This document shows, one piece after another, positions 39,500 through 51,262 of a stretch of DNA of 64,000 bases. The notes below the pieces were generated by a model. That model worked only from the letters and a program-made list of their open reading frames with translations, was not told where the DNA came from and made no database searches. The position numbers and the translations under genes are program-made. How positions within the stretch are numbered: position 1 is the first letter of the stretch; every line of letters starts with the position of its first letter. This DNA is from Octopus vulgaris (taxonomy: Eukaryota), in NCBI GenBank assembly GCA_951406725.2, contig OX597816.1, positions 59,706,001 to 59,770,000 of the forward strand. Direction: 5' to 3'.

Positions 39500-41030
39500 G
39501 TCTGAGACGCAGCTTCTTAATGCTGACTAGGGGTTGGCAAGGTAGTTAATATTGACTCCTGTGGGTGGGTCTTTGTGGCCATGCAAGCATTTGATAAACA
39601 CCTGGAATGTTTTTTAGCACTGAGGGTGCTGAATTGTTAAACCTGGAAGTGTCAGGTTATCTAAGGCTAAAACTCACTAGTTTCCAGCTAATACAATAAC
39701 TATTCATCCATTTTCTCCACCTACTATTCTAGAGATGGTCATTGGGGGTAGCATCCTTGGGTATCTCGCCCATGGGATCCTTTCAGAAGCAACTGGCTGG
39801 ATTCTCAACTGAGATGAAGAGTATTATCCAACCATTTTGTTCTTGATCTAATCACATGTTCATCATACTGGAACTGACCTCTCATTGTGGAGAAGTGGCA
39901 ACTCAACCTGGAGAGACTCCTTGATCTTCAAGTTATGCGCTCTATCGTTACTCCAGAGATCCTTCTGTGGAATCCCATTTTGGCTGCTTGTATTCACAAT
40001 TGTACTCTTTCAGTCTTTACCTAATATTTGTGACCAGAGGTGAGGACAAGCATGGAAACTGAATTGAAAATAGTAAGCTTGGCTTTTTTACCAACCACTT
40101 CTCTTTTGAGGATTGAATGCCAGAATTGGCACATTACTGAGCATCCAGTTTAGCCTCCTGCTTCCCATCACTTGTGTATATAACCCTGAGATACTTAAAC
40201 TTTTCCATGTCTTATTGATGTCACTAATATGCAGTGCACTCTAAGATGAGGTTTTTGAGAGGACCAGTGTCTCAGTTTTTGCAACATTAATTCTTGTTCC
40301 TGCCTTGCATCACCTGGCAATAAAATCATTCAATGCATGTTGGAGATCACCTTCTGAAGAGCTATGTTTGTTACACCATGTCGTTTGCTGATATCACTCA
40401 ACTGGTTCTTCATCCATCAATTGTGACACCACTTCTACAATGTCTGTGCATATCTGTGCAGTTCATAAAAATTCTGAAAAGGAAGGGTGACAATACACAC
40501 CCTTGCTGAAGTCCAACATTCATCTTCAAAGGTTTAGACTAAACTCCATTTGTACTCCATATGTACATTATTTACATTTGACGGATATTTGTCCTCATCT
40601 TATTTGTTGTTAACACAACGTTTCGGCTGATATACCTCCCAGCCTTTATCAGGTGTCTTTGGGAAATTTCAAACCTGGGTTCTCATTGCTAAGGTATTTT
40701 TCATCTTTATTATTATTATCATTCAGGTCATTGCTTGGAATCGAACTCGGAATCTTGGGGTTAGTAACCCGTGGCATAGTGGTTAAGAGCACGGGCTACT
40801 CACCCCAAGATTCCAAGTTCAATTCCAGGCAATGACCTGAATAATAATGATAATAATAATAATAATAATATTGAAAAATACCTTAGGAATGAGAACCCAG
40901 GTTCCCCAAGACACCTGATGAAGGCTAGAGGGTATATCAGTCGAAACGCTGTGTTAACAACAAACAAGATGAGGACAAATATCTCTCAAATGTAGAACTG
41001 TATTAAACTCCATTTAGCTAAACACAAACA
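39500..41030 (-). mobile_element. Decayed RTE-clade LINE reverse transcriptase fragment
   Basis: Minus strand around 40480-40551 reads NGV*SKPLKMNVGLQQGCVLSPFL (RT QG motif) and continues across the insertion; further FKYLR-like motif near 40190; stops and frameshifts; boundaries approximate. Confidence 0.75.
40552..41003. mobile_element. Head-to-head inverted dimer of the tRNA-headed hammerhead SINE
   Basis: Minus copy 40561-40772 abuts plus copy 40773-41003; exact 12-bp TSD TAAACTCCATTT at 40540-40551 and 41004-41015; interrupts an RTE RT fossil. Confidence 0.92.
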
Positions 41031-43464
41031 TCTGGTAAGATGATTGGGTCTGATCTGAGGGAAATGTCACTGTTCTTTGTAGCAGGTTGAGTAACCACAC
41101 ACAGGTTACTTTGTTTATAGTATTGTAGTTTAAAACTAAGACTGGGTCAGTACTTTAGAAATTTGAACTGTTCCTCTAATTTCTCTCATAGATTATAACA
41201 TTGCTCTGTCTGTCAATGTGAATATTACAACCATATTAATTACCGATGGCAAAATTAACAATGAATCAATAATACATCTTTTTATGGTCCTTGATCTCAA
41301 TTCATTTCATGTGTAGGATCTTGCTTTGTTGGGTATTGCTCTATCTTCTTAAGCCTACCTCATCTACAGACACAAACAAATGAGAAAGCTATGTTATCAC
41401 TCAACTGGTGAAACCTAGTAGCCATATTAATCTCTGTAAAGTCATACTTCACTGTCTGGACACATTAGATAATGTGGCCCTACTTGTTTTTAAATAAATG
41501 GTTCTGACTGGAACACTTTCGATCAGATGTTTGTTTGGTCTAGGTTGACTTGGAGTTAAACTACAGGTATTTTATCATAATTTTAGACAAAAATAAGAGA
41601 ACTAACTTAGTGACCAGTGGCATGTTTTTGAGCAACAGATTATTACAAGTTTATCAAATAGCATATTACATAGATTCTTGATTTATTACACATTATCTCT
41701 GCCTCTAAGAGATGTCTCATAATTACCAAAAGGCAGTTAACTTCACTTGAGAAAGGGAGATAATCTCAAGATTGAAGAATTCTCCAAAATTGACATGTCA
41801 TTAAAGAAAAGAAGACTGGTGGACAATTGTGAACATGTTTCTCTGACCTTTTGCTGTTCATTAAATTTTCATTTGAAAACAATTATTTCGCGCATTCTTT
41901 GATAATACATTTCAGTTCTACATGTGTTTTTCTCATCTCAGAGATTCTAACCGGCAAGAATGGCTGAAAACAACTAAGACAGTAATTGCCATTTTCTAAC
42001 TGCTTCAAAACAGAACTTCCTCAGAGATGGAAATCTTTTAGTCATTTCGATCATTATGTCCAACATAATGTATGAAAATTGTTGCAGTATTATCTGGTCC
42101 CTTAATGTTGTTTTCTGTCTGTAAAAATTGAAGTAGCAATGATAGCACACTGCGTGAATAAGATTTACAAGATCAAGATTTATCAGGAATAATTACAAGT
42201 TCAGCACATCAACTTGGTCTTTGTGTATTTTGTTTGTCATGCAAAGACAAGAATCCTGATATCTAGATGAAAATATTAAATTAATGTAATTGTAGATGAG
42301 TGGTTTGTGTTTAATGTTGGCCTTTACATGCATGTAATGTTGAGGCATAAATGCGTGGGTATGTTGGGAACACATCTTCTTGAGTGGTAGTTGTTTAGCT
42401 CCAGGTCAGTCTTCATCATTTGATGTGCCTCTTGTCTGCTGGCATGGGTTGGATGGCTTCATAGGATCAAGCAAGCCACAGGACTGCCTCGAGCTCCATT
42501 GCCTGCTTAGGCATGGTTTCTATGCCAACCACTTTGCAGTGTCTATTGGGGGCTTTTTCCTCATTCCACCAGCACTAGAAAGTTACTTGCAAGACAGAAA
42601 AAAGACTAGAGTGGGAGAAAGGGAAAGGTAAGCTCACCCTACTGTAGGAGGTGGGGTTGAGGCAGAGGTAGTTTTATGCTAGATGTTTGAGAGGCTAAAG
42701 TATGATAGAGGTGTTTGGCGATTGAGGTGATGCATAGCTACCCCACATTATATATAAGAGTGGGTGGTTGTAGCTGGGGGAAGATAAAGATGGTAGTAGT
42801 AGGGGACAGAGCAGACTCTCAAGGTACAAGGTAAGCATCAGAGTGAATGGTCGTGACTATCCTGTATTTTTAATAGTATCTAGGAGGGGTTGAGGGAAGT
42901 TTGGCTGTTGTTTCTTGCAAGTAAAGGTTCCCTTATTGGTTCATTCATTATATTTCAGTTGATGTTATGTCGTTCATGGCCCATGGTGGTTTCTGCAATC
43001 AATTATATCAGTTACTGTCCTTTTATAGGAAACTAATTTCCTGTTAGTCTGTAACATAATACTCTTCCCTGTATTCCTGTAACTTTAGTCAATGACAAAA
43101 GATGTTTGAGATAAAATGATTGAAGTATTTTAGATTGTGTGGGATTGAAGAAAGATGTTGGCTGGCTTCTTGCACAATTGTGAAACTTGTTTATTCCAAT
43201 TATCTGCATGAGATTAAGACGTTGGACAAGAGGTTCCTTTCGTCATCACTTCATCATTGCAATTGAATAGGACAAATAACCTGTGTGTCAGGCTGCTTGC
43301 CTGACAATGAGGTTCCACTCTCATTTCACAATTGAGTATTTAGAAGAGAGAGAAATATCTTGGAAAAAGAAAAAAAAATGCCCAACCCATTATAGTATGA
43401 TGGAGGGGATGGAAATCAGTTAAAAATTAATAATTAAATTATAATTCTTTCTTTTTTTTTTCAG

Positions 43465-43558
43465 ACTGATACTATTTCTGTTTTGGAGAAGGAACATGAT
43501 TATAAAGAAGAGCATTTTGACTTTATCCAGCAACATTTGAGGAAATTTTGTTTAAACT
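43465..43558 (+). CDS. DYNC1LI: Dynein LIC exon (ends at U12-type donor)
   Basis: Poly-T + CAG acceptor; [31 protein letters not shown](Y); donor GTATCCTTC at 43559; 94 nt; not in ORF track. Confidence 0.96.
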
Positions 43559-45299
43559 GTATCCTTCAACAAGAAATATGCTTATCAATGTGGTAGTTGG
43601 GATATTTTAAGGGCTTTACATACAGTTTCAGGGGAAGTGTCTTTAACTGTAGTCATGGACCAGCCAAAGCTTTGTGAGTGAATGTGGTAGATGGAAACTG
43701 AAAGAAGCCTGTTTGTGTATGTACTCTCCAAATATTGTGAGTTACGAGCAATTGTCTTATGATAACAACTCATCTGCCAGCTTTACACCTTTTGAATATG
43801 TGTAAAAATGAAGGGTTACTGAGAGAAAGGACATCTGGTTGTAAAATTAAAACCTTTTTTTCAACTTGAAAAAAAACACAAAAAAACTGGCACTCCTTCA
43901 GTTACGATGACAAGTGTTCCAGTTGATCCGATCAGTGGAACAGCCTGCTCATGAAATTAACATGCAAGTGGCTGAGTACTCCTCAGATATGTATACCTTT
44001 AACGTTGTTCTCTGGGAGATTCAGTGTGACACAGAATGTGACAAGGCTGGCCCTTTAATTGTCAGTTGAATGGACTGCAACAACATGAAATAAAGTGTCT
44101 TGCTCAAGGGTAAGATGCTCTGCCGGAAATCAAACTCCTGACCTTATGATCTTGAGTCTAATACCTTAACCACTAAGCTAACATGCTTTTCACTTTGTCT
44201 AACTTATGCTGGAAAGGAATAACAGATATAACATTGAACAAACGGAGTTAGATCTTTGTGTATTTAGGTCCACAAGGACCTTTTGTGGAGAGCTTGGGAT
44301 AAGGTTTGAACAGAACAATTTCATTGTCTTCTATCATTCTTTAGGACTAAATCCCTATGGATATGAGTCCTTATATAAAACCCACAGTGTATTCTGCCAA
44401 AAAGGTCCTTTGTGAGCCAAATTTCACTGTAGACCAGACGTATTGTTGTGACTCCATTTATATTTATAAAAGTTAGATGTCTTCCATGTTCAAGATGATA
44501 CAGTCTCAGTTTATACTTCCTTACTTTCAAATTCTAATGTCCTATAATTTGTGTATAACAATTTACTTTATTGATAATTATCATCCTCCTCATTGTTATT
44601 GAGAGAGAGAAAGGCAGTGAGCTGGCAGAATCATTAGCACACTGGGTGAAATACTTAGCGGTATTTCATCTGACACTACGTTCTGAGTTCAAATTTTGCC
44701 AAGGTCGACTTTGTCTTTCATCCTTTCGGGGTCGACAAATTAAGTACCAGTGTAATCGACTAGTCCTCCTCCCCCAGAATTTCAGGCCTTGTACCTCTAG
44801 TGGAAAGGATTATTGAGAGATAGCAGTGCATGCCATCAAAGTGACACTGGGGTATAAATATATGAAGCCCAATATACTCATCATGACTACCCATCTGATA
44901 AGGGTACGTCAAGCATTTGCATCACAACCTCATGTGCACGACATGATGACTTCATATCAAGATAAATGGCACATTCTGCTCAAAAGGTCCCTGAATAAGG
45001 GTTGTTTGAGGATAGTGAATGAAAAACCCATGTTTCCAAGGATGAATTCTTTGAACCCTAAAGAACCCCTGTCAACACATGGCTATTGAGACTTTCCTAC
45101 TACTTCTGCCTGTGATCAGAGATGCACATATTGTCAGCCACTAAGGGACATGCTCAACTGGTTATGTTCAAACAACTGACAACCAAATCTGGTATTTAGC
45201 AGTATATTTTCTGTAGCCCATCTTTTACACCAATACAAAACCTGTACATAACCCTTCCAAGATCAGAACTCTGAGGGCCACTGCACTAGTATTATTATT

Positions 45300-46131
45300 A
45301 GGAAGAGGTTCGTTTGGAGAAAAAGAATCTTCGTTTTCAACACAGATGGCAGCACTCGTTTGTGTGTGCAATGAGAGCTAACAGTGACCTTCACTCAGCA
45401 GTGTACCAAGTGACATCACTGTGTTTACTTTTCAAGTAGTGAACTTTGTGTTTTTGTGTTCACGTGTGTCTACTGTAGTCTGTGATTTTATCATGGACAA
45501 GAACAAAGAGCCAACGTGAATTTCGTGTTAAACTACAGAGACATTGAGCATGCCTCAGCAAGTTTACAGCGACAAGGCAATGGGTCATAGGCAATGTTTT
45601 GAGTGACACGGGTGCTTCAAAAACAGAAGACCTGTCACAAGTGTCACCCCCAGAAATGTAGCATTGTGCATCAAGAATTCATCCCTCGAGCAGGCCATCA
45701 ATCTAGAATTCTACTGCGGCATTTTGAAGCATTTGAAGGAGGACATTCGACAAAAGCGACCAGATCTGTGGAGTATGAAGAATTGGTTTCTTCATAGAGC
45801 CCTTCTCACTTATGAGTTTTTCGGCAAAAACAACTTGTCTACCTGCCCTATTTCCCAGATTTAACACCTGCGGACTTCTATCTCTTCCCCAAGATGAAAA
45901 TGTAGCACTAAGGTCACCATTTTAACACAGTTGTCAAGATATAGAGAGACTCACAGAAGATCCTCAACTTGCTTCTGGAAAATTACTGCCTGGCCAGATT
46001 CCAAAAATGGCAGGAACACATGGACTGGTGTATTGCTGTGCAAGGTTGCTATTTCGAAAGAGATGATGTTAAAACATAGGCAAATGATTTATTTTTTTAA
46101 ACATAACTAGTCTGGGAACCTTTTGATACCA
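45300..46131 (+). mobile_element. Internally deleted mariner transposase fossil
   Basis: Fragments IVHQEFIP, QAINLEFYCGILKHLKEDIRQKRPDLW..KNWFLH, YFPDLTPADFYLFPKMK (YSPDLAPxD motif) and WCIAVQGCYFE; frameshifted. Confidence 0.88.
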
Positions 46132-46256
46132 TCTCAGACATTCCAATATCCAAACTATTACAGTCATTATTAGCATGGTAAAAAATAAATGTAAAGTGAT
46201 TTTCCAAGATATTTTACTATAAAATGATGTACTATTTGACCAATGTATTTTATATA

Positions 46257-46479
46257 TTGGTTAGGTGCATAATTATTGTGGCTTTTTTCAACAAATTTTA
46301 TTCAACAAAAACAGCTTTAAATGATTATTCCGAAGCATATTCACCATCTACTTCAATTACTGCTTCCCATTTGCTTGGCAGATGGTCAGGCCGTCATTTA
46401 AAAATGTTTTTGTTAAATATTGTTATTGTTGAATAAAATTTTTTGAAAAAAACGCTGCAATAATTATGCACCAGCTCAA
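46257..46479. mobile_element. Mariner-type MITE
   Basis: TIRs TTGGTTAGGTGCATAATTATTGTGGC / reverse TTGAGCTGGTGCATAATTATTGCAGC, resembling mariner TIRs; TA at both ends (46255-46256, 46480-46481). Confidence 0.85.
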
Positions 46480-46560
46480 TATAAAATGGTGATGTACTAT
46501 TTGATCAATGTATTTTATCTATAAAATATGAGATGTCGTAAGCTTTCTTTAACCCTGAAG

Positions 46561-46696
46561 ATGGTACTGCCCTAATATATACATCTGTGAAAGAGGAAAA
46601 GAACTGTGATCTTTTGTTTAAGTATTTGGTCCACAGGATATATGGATTTTCATTCTCAATGCCTGCATATGTGGTAGAAAAAGATTCTGTGTTTGT
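46561..46696 (+). CDS. DYNC1LI: Dynein LIC exon (follows U12-type acceptor)
   Basis: (Y)[44 protein letters not shown](V); preceded by TTTCTTTAAC-CCTGAAG; GTAAGT donor at 46697; 136 nt. Confidence 0.96.
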
Positions 46697-47571
46697 GTAA
46701 GTGTTTATTTGGTTTTTCTTTCCCTCCCCCTCTTAAAATGTCTTCTATAAAAACTGTTTTATATTGTTGTGATTGCTGGAAAGTCTAGATCACTTCTGAT
46801 TATGTATATGGTATTTTATGATTTAGAAGTGCTGGTGCCATGTAAAAAGTACCCAGTACACTTTTTGTAAAGAGGTTAGCATTAGAAAAAAACATCCAGC
46901 TGTAGAAACCATTCCAAAGCAAAGGAACCTGGTACAACTCCTGGCCGTGCCATTTCCTGTCAAACTATTCCACCCATGTCAGCATGGAAAACTGACATTA
47001 AATGATGAACTTGTCTTGCTTAAAAACGCCATTTTACTCCATGGGTTGGAAGGTCAGTTCTTATTTGGGACCACTACCCTCCATAGTGTGGCGAATGGCC
47101 TGTACCCTTCTCATTTGTTTTCTTTTTGACATAGTTCCTACAATAGGACACCCTTCCTGACACCGACCACTTTATATATTGAGTGCAACTGTTTTTTCAT
47201 TGCTATTTATGCTACAGTGTCACTGTTTTAAAATGGAGTTTCTTTTGGAGGAGACTTGTTGACAAAGAAAAAATAATAAACCAATTGTTTTAATTCTCAG
47301 GTTTTACTCTTGTGCCTGGGAAGGCTTCTATAGTTTACTTGTTAATATAAGTTGGCATAGGATCCTGTAACCTGTTAATTGCTGTTTAATCTTTTGACCT
47401 CCTTGAATCCGTCTCTGTTAAACAGCTTATTTGTTGTACAAAGCTAAAGTTGTTATCTGAAGGTAAAACTATTGGACCTCTGCCAGTAAATAGCAGTTTC
47501 AGTGACAGAAAGTCGGTGAGCCATTTCCCAAGATGTTATTAAGTTGTTATCTTTTAACTTAACCTCCATTA

Positions 47572-47965
47572 TTGGTTTAGGACGAATATTGCAGTCATTT
47601 AGCCTTAGGAGACATTGTCTCCAGCTGGCTATATGACATGATCTGTGTCCTTATATTTTCGAACAAGGGAATTTTGCACTCCCCACTCAGCTCAAAACAA
47701 TATCTGTGTATTGTTATTTCCTGGAAATTGTGATACACAAATATTGTTTTGAGCTGAGTCGGGGTGCTAGATTCTCTTGTTCGAAAACAATAAGAGCACA
47801 GATTGTGTCATATAGCCAGCTGGAGACAATGTCTCCCGGGGCTAGATTACAGCAACATCTGTCCTAAACCAAGACTGCCATGTTATGTTGGCAAATAATC
47901 TTTACTCTAAAGTACTGTTGTTGAATATCTCACATTGTGAGATTTAAAAATAGTAATTTTCTAAT
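47572..47965. mobile_element. Asymmetric fold-back element upstream of exon 48080
   Basis: 47573-47720 is the imperfect reverse complement of 47724-47872, with an unpaired extension to ~47964; 13-bp direct repeat TTAACCTCCATTA at 47559-47571 and 47966-47978. Confidence 0.88.
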
Positions 47966-48079
47966 TTAACCTCCATTAGGTAGAAATTTGTTGTTTTGGT
48001 CACGCTTTTCTTTTAGATTTCTCTTGAGGAATTTCAGATTTCAACCTTGAATTCTTTCTCTGTTTTTCTTTTAATCTAG

Positions 48080-48191
48080 TCCTGCTGGTTGGGATACAGA
48101 AAAGAAAATATCTATTCTAAATGAAAATCTTGCAAACATGAAAGCTGAGGACCTGAGTGAAGATATTCCCAGTAAACCAGTTGTAAGAAAG
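48080..48191 (+). CDS. DYNC1LI: Dynein LIC exon (PAGWD motif)
   Basis: TCTAG acceptor; [37 protein letters not shown]; GTAAGC donor at 48192; 112 nt. Confidence 0.96.
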
Positions 48192-48412
48192 GTAAGCTTG
48201 CCTCCCAGCTCCTTGGCTTCGGGTTTAGCCTCACTGTAAGTGGGCAAATGTCTTCTATTTCAGCTGTGGCTGACCAAAGACTTGAGTGGATTTAGCTGAT
48301 GGAAATTGAAAGAAACCCATCATTGTGTGTGTGTGTGTGTGCCACCCACTCTACAGAGTGTACAGGATGCATTTTCCTTGGTGCGCCTTGTAACTTTCAA
48401 GACAAAAGCCTC

Positions 48413-48813
48413 TTAGAAAATTATTATTTTTAAATCTCAGATATTCAGCAACAGTACTTTGGAGTAAAGATTGTTTGCTAACATAATGTGGCAGTCCTGG
48501 TTTAGGACAAATGTTGCTGTAATTTAGCCCCAGGAGACATCGTCTCCAGCTAGCTATACAACACGATCTGTTGTGTTACATTTTCGAAAATATCTGGTGC
48601 TACATATAAATGAAGGGAGATAACCCGTAAATCACAATACACAGATATTGTGTTGAGCTGAGTGGGGGTGCTAGATTCCCTTGTTCGAAAATATAAGGAC
48701 ACAGATCATATCGTATAGCCAGCTGGAGACGATGTCTCCTGTGGCTAAATTACAGCAACATTAGGCCTAAACCAGGACTGCCATGTTATGTTGGCAAACA
48801 ATCTTTACTCCAA
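48413..48813. mobile_element. Asymmetric fold-back element downstream of exon 48080 (same family)
   Basis: 48458-48590 is the imperfect reverse complement of 48684-48814; direct repeat CAAAAGCCTC at 48403-48412 and 48811-48820. Confidence 0.88.
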
Positions 48814-50115
48814 AAGCCTCATACTTGAGAGGGGAGTGGAAGAGGGGGGAAATGATTGTAAGCCAGGTGAGAGGGACAGAGATAGTTGCCTTTTTCTATA
48901 GAGGAGATTGTTGGCCACCCCAGTAGGATGAGGAAAGAGAAGGAACTGGGGGAGAGATTGTGTTGGGGCCTACCCACACTGAACAGTAGGGTGGGGTATA
49001 AGTAGTACAGAGGAGGATGTTCAATAAGAGTGTAAGGGGATGGAGTTAAATCCCACAGACATTTACTAGATTGCTTGTATTCCCTTATTCTTATCTTTTC
49101 ACAATATATTTTGATATTTGCAGTTTCCATTATACATCTATCCTCATTTGTCGTGGGTGCCTGGTTCCTCAAAAAATACAATGGTGAATGAATCCTCTCC
49201 AGTCACTTAGTAAATGGAACAAATGATAGATTCAGTGACTTCAAACCCATGGCTCACAGTAGCAAAGCTTCCAACATCACATAGTTTCTTGCTCTTGTCA
49301 ACCGTTTTCTGAAGAAAATGCAGTTGTCTGTGTTGTTTGTTAGGATCTGGTACCTTCATGTTTTCTCTGTTCACTCATCTTGTGTTGATGGCTAAAAGCA
49401 GCTGAGCACTGTGGATGGTCAGCATGGTATGCTTTTGTGATAAGTGGAATCTTCAACTGATCATTAATCCATGTTATTACAGATCAATCAGTGATAAACG
49501 GAGCTACATATATTTTCTTCCATCTCAAAGAATGGAAATATTTCAATGCCTTATATGTCTACATTTCCTTCCTGTTACCTTAGACACAGAAAACTTTGTT
49601 TTATTACTGTATTGCACTAACCCTCCTCCCCCACAAGTACATTTCAGGAATTTTAAAAATTTATCAGTTTTATAATCTTTAAGTGTAGATAATTTTTTTT
49701 TAATATTGAAGAAAGGAAAGGAAAAAAATCTAGAAAATTCAATTTTTCTGAAATATGGGAATGCAGTGATAAATGTTTTTTTTAAAGTATTTGACCCCAA
49801 GATTTGCTAAGGGAAAAGTGAAAAAGTAGCATTGATTTAAATGGGTTTCATATAAAGGAAATGGATTCCAATAACTTGAAATGGGTGAATTAAATTGCTG
49901 CTATCCGAGCGTGATCATTGCCAAGAACACGGATTGGCTCCTGTGCCAGTGACACGTGGAAAGCACCATTCGAGCATGATCGTTGCCAGTGTTGCCTTAC
50001 AGGCACATGATAAACAACATTCAATGCCAGCATGGAAAGTGGACGTTAAACAATGATTATGATAGATTATTGTCAGCAGTTTCTTTTGTAATAATTCTTT
50101 TCTGTATATTTGCAG

Positions 50116-50217
50116 CCTATCCAGAAAGATGCAGAAATTGTTGCTGAAGATGAACAAGTCTTTCTTATGCGTCAACAAAGCCTACTTAACAGTCAACCTG
50201 CTCCAGGTTCCACACCG
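50116..50217 (+). CDS. DYNC1LI: Dynein LIC exon
   Basis: TTGCAG acceptor; PIQKDAEIVAEDEQVFLMRQQSLLNSQPAPGSTP (conserved EIxAEDEQxFL); phase-0 donor GTCTGT at 50218 is weak, so the 3' boundary is less certain. Confidence 0.88.
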
Positions 50218-51262
50218 GTCTGTATCTCCTGACAATCCAATTGACTTTTCATGTTACTGCCACCACCAGCCCCTGCAATAAACATTGGTTTCTTTTTGCT
50301 ATTTTCAAAAGATTTTTATTTTATGCCCCTAACAAATGAACATCTTTACTAATAGCATGTTAAGTATGTCAGAGGTCACCAACCTAATTCTTATTGATCT
50401 CCAGAGGTTGGAGTGGGGCTCTTCTTCGATGGGGAAATTATGTAATGTGTTCTATTTTACTGTCAAACCCAGATATTTGAGACTTAGAAATAATTACTGG
50501 AGAAGTGATTGTCATCATTCGTTAATCTTATTCTACAAAACAGAATATAAATTTACCCTTGTAAATTCTTTCTTTTTAGATGCAAATCATTTTGCTAAAT
50601 TATTTTAGGCTCTCCAACATGAATTCCTGCAACAACAATGAAGAATCAATATTTTTGCTGATCCCTTGCCAGATTTGTTTAATAAGAACTTGGAATGCAA
50701 TTTTATCTCGGTTGCTAAACAAAGAACAGAAACGGCAAAGCCAAAGATTATTTTGTACTTTTTTCTCCAGTTTCTCTTATTTTTACAAGAATGACCTGCC
50801 CTGCATACAGTGTCGTCTCATTGATGCTGTAAATATAGTCATATAATATCTGATGCTGCAAATGCAATGTCATACATCTCATGTTATAAATATAGCATCA
50901 TGTCTCCATTGATGTTATAAATAGAGTATCATACCACTTTGATTTGGAAATGCAACCGGTTGCACATAAAAAGCACATTTCGAGCGTGGTCAATGCCAGT
51001 ACCACCTGACTGGCCTTATGCCAGTGGCACGTAAAAAACACCCACTACACTCTCGGAGTGGTTGGTATTAGGAAGGGCACCCAGATCATATTGGAGCCTG
51101 GAGTAGCCTTCGGTCGAACCATCCAACCCATGCCAGCATGGAAAGTGGACGTTAAATGACAATGATGATGTGTACCATGTCTCATTGCAATATCTTTGCT
51201 AACGTGACAATAAACTGATGGAGAGAAATTACATAAGATCATATTCTATACAGATTCCTGTG

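Larger units (their letters stand above)
43559..46560 (+). other. U12-type (minor spliceosome) GT-AG intron
   Basis: 5' splice site GTATCCTTC matches the U12 consensus RTATCCTT; branch-site-like TTTCTTTAAC at 46544-46553 lies 7 nt before the intron end; no polypyrimidine tract. Confidence 0.92.
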
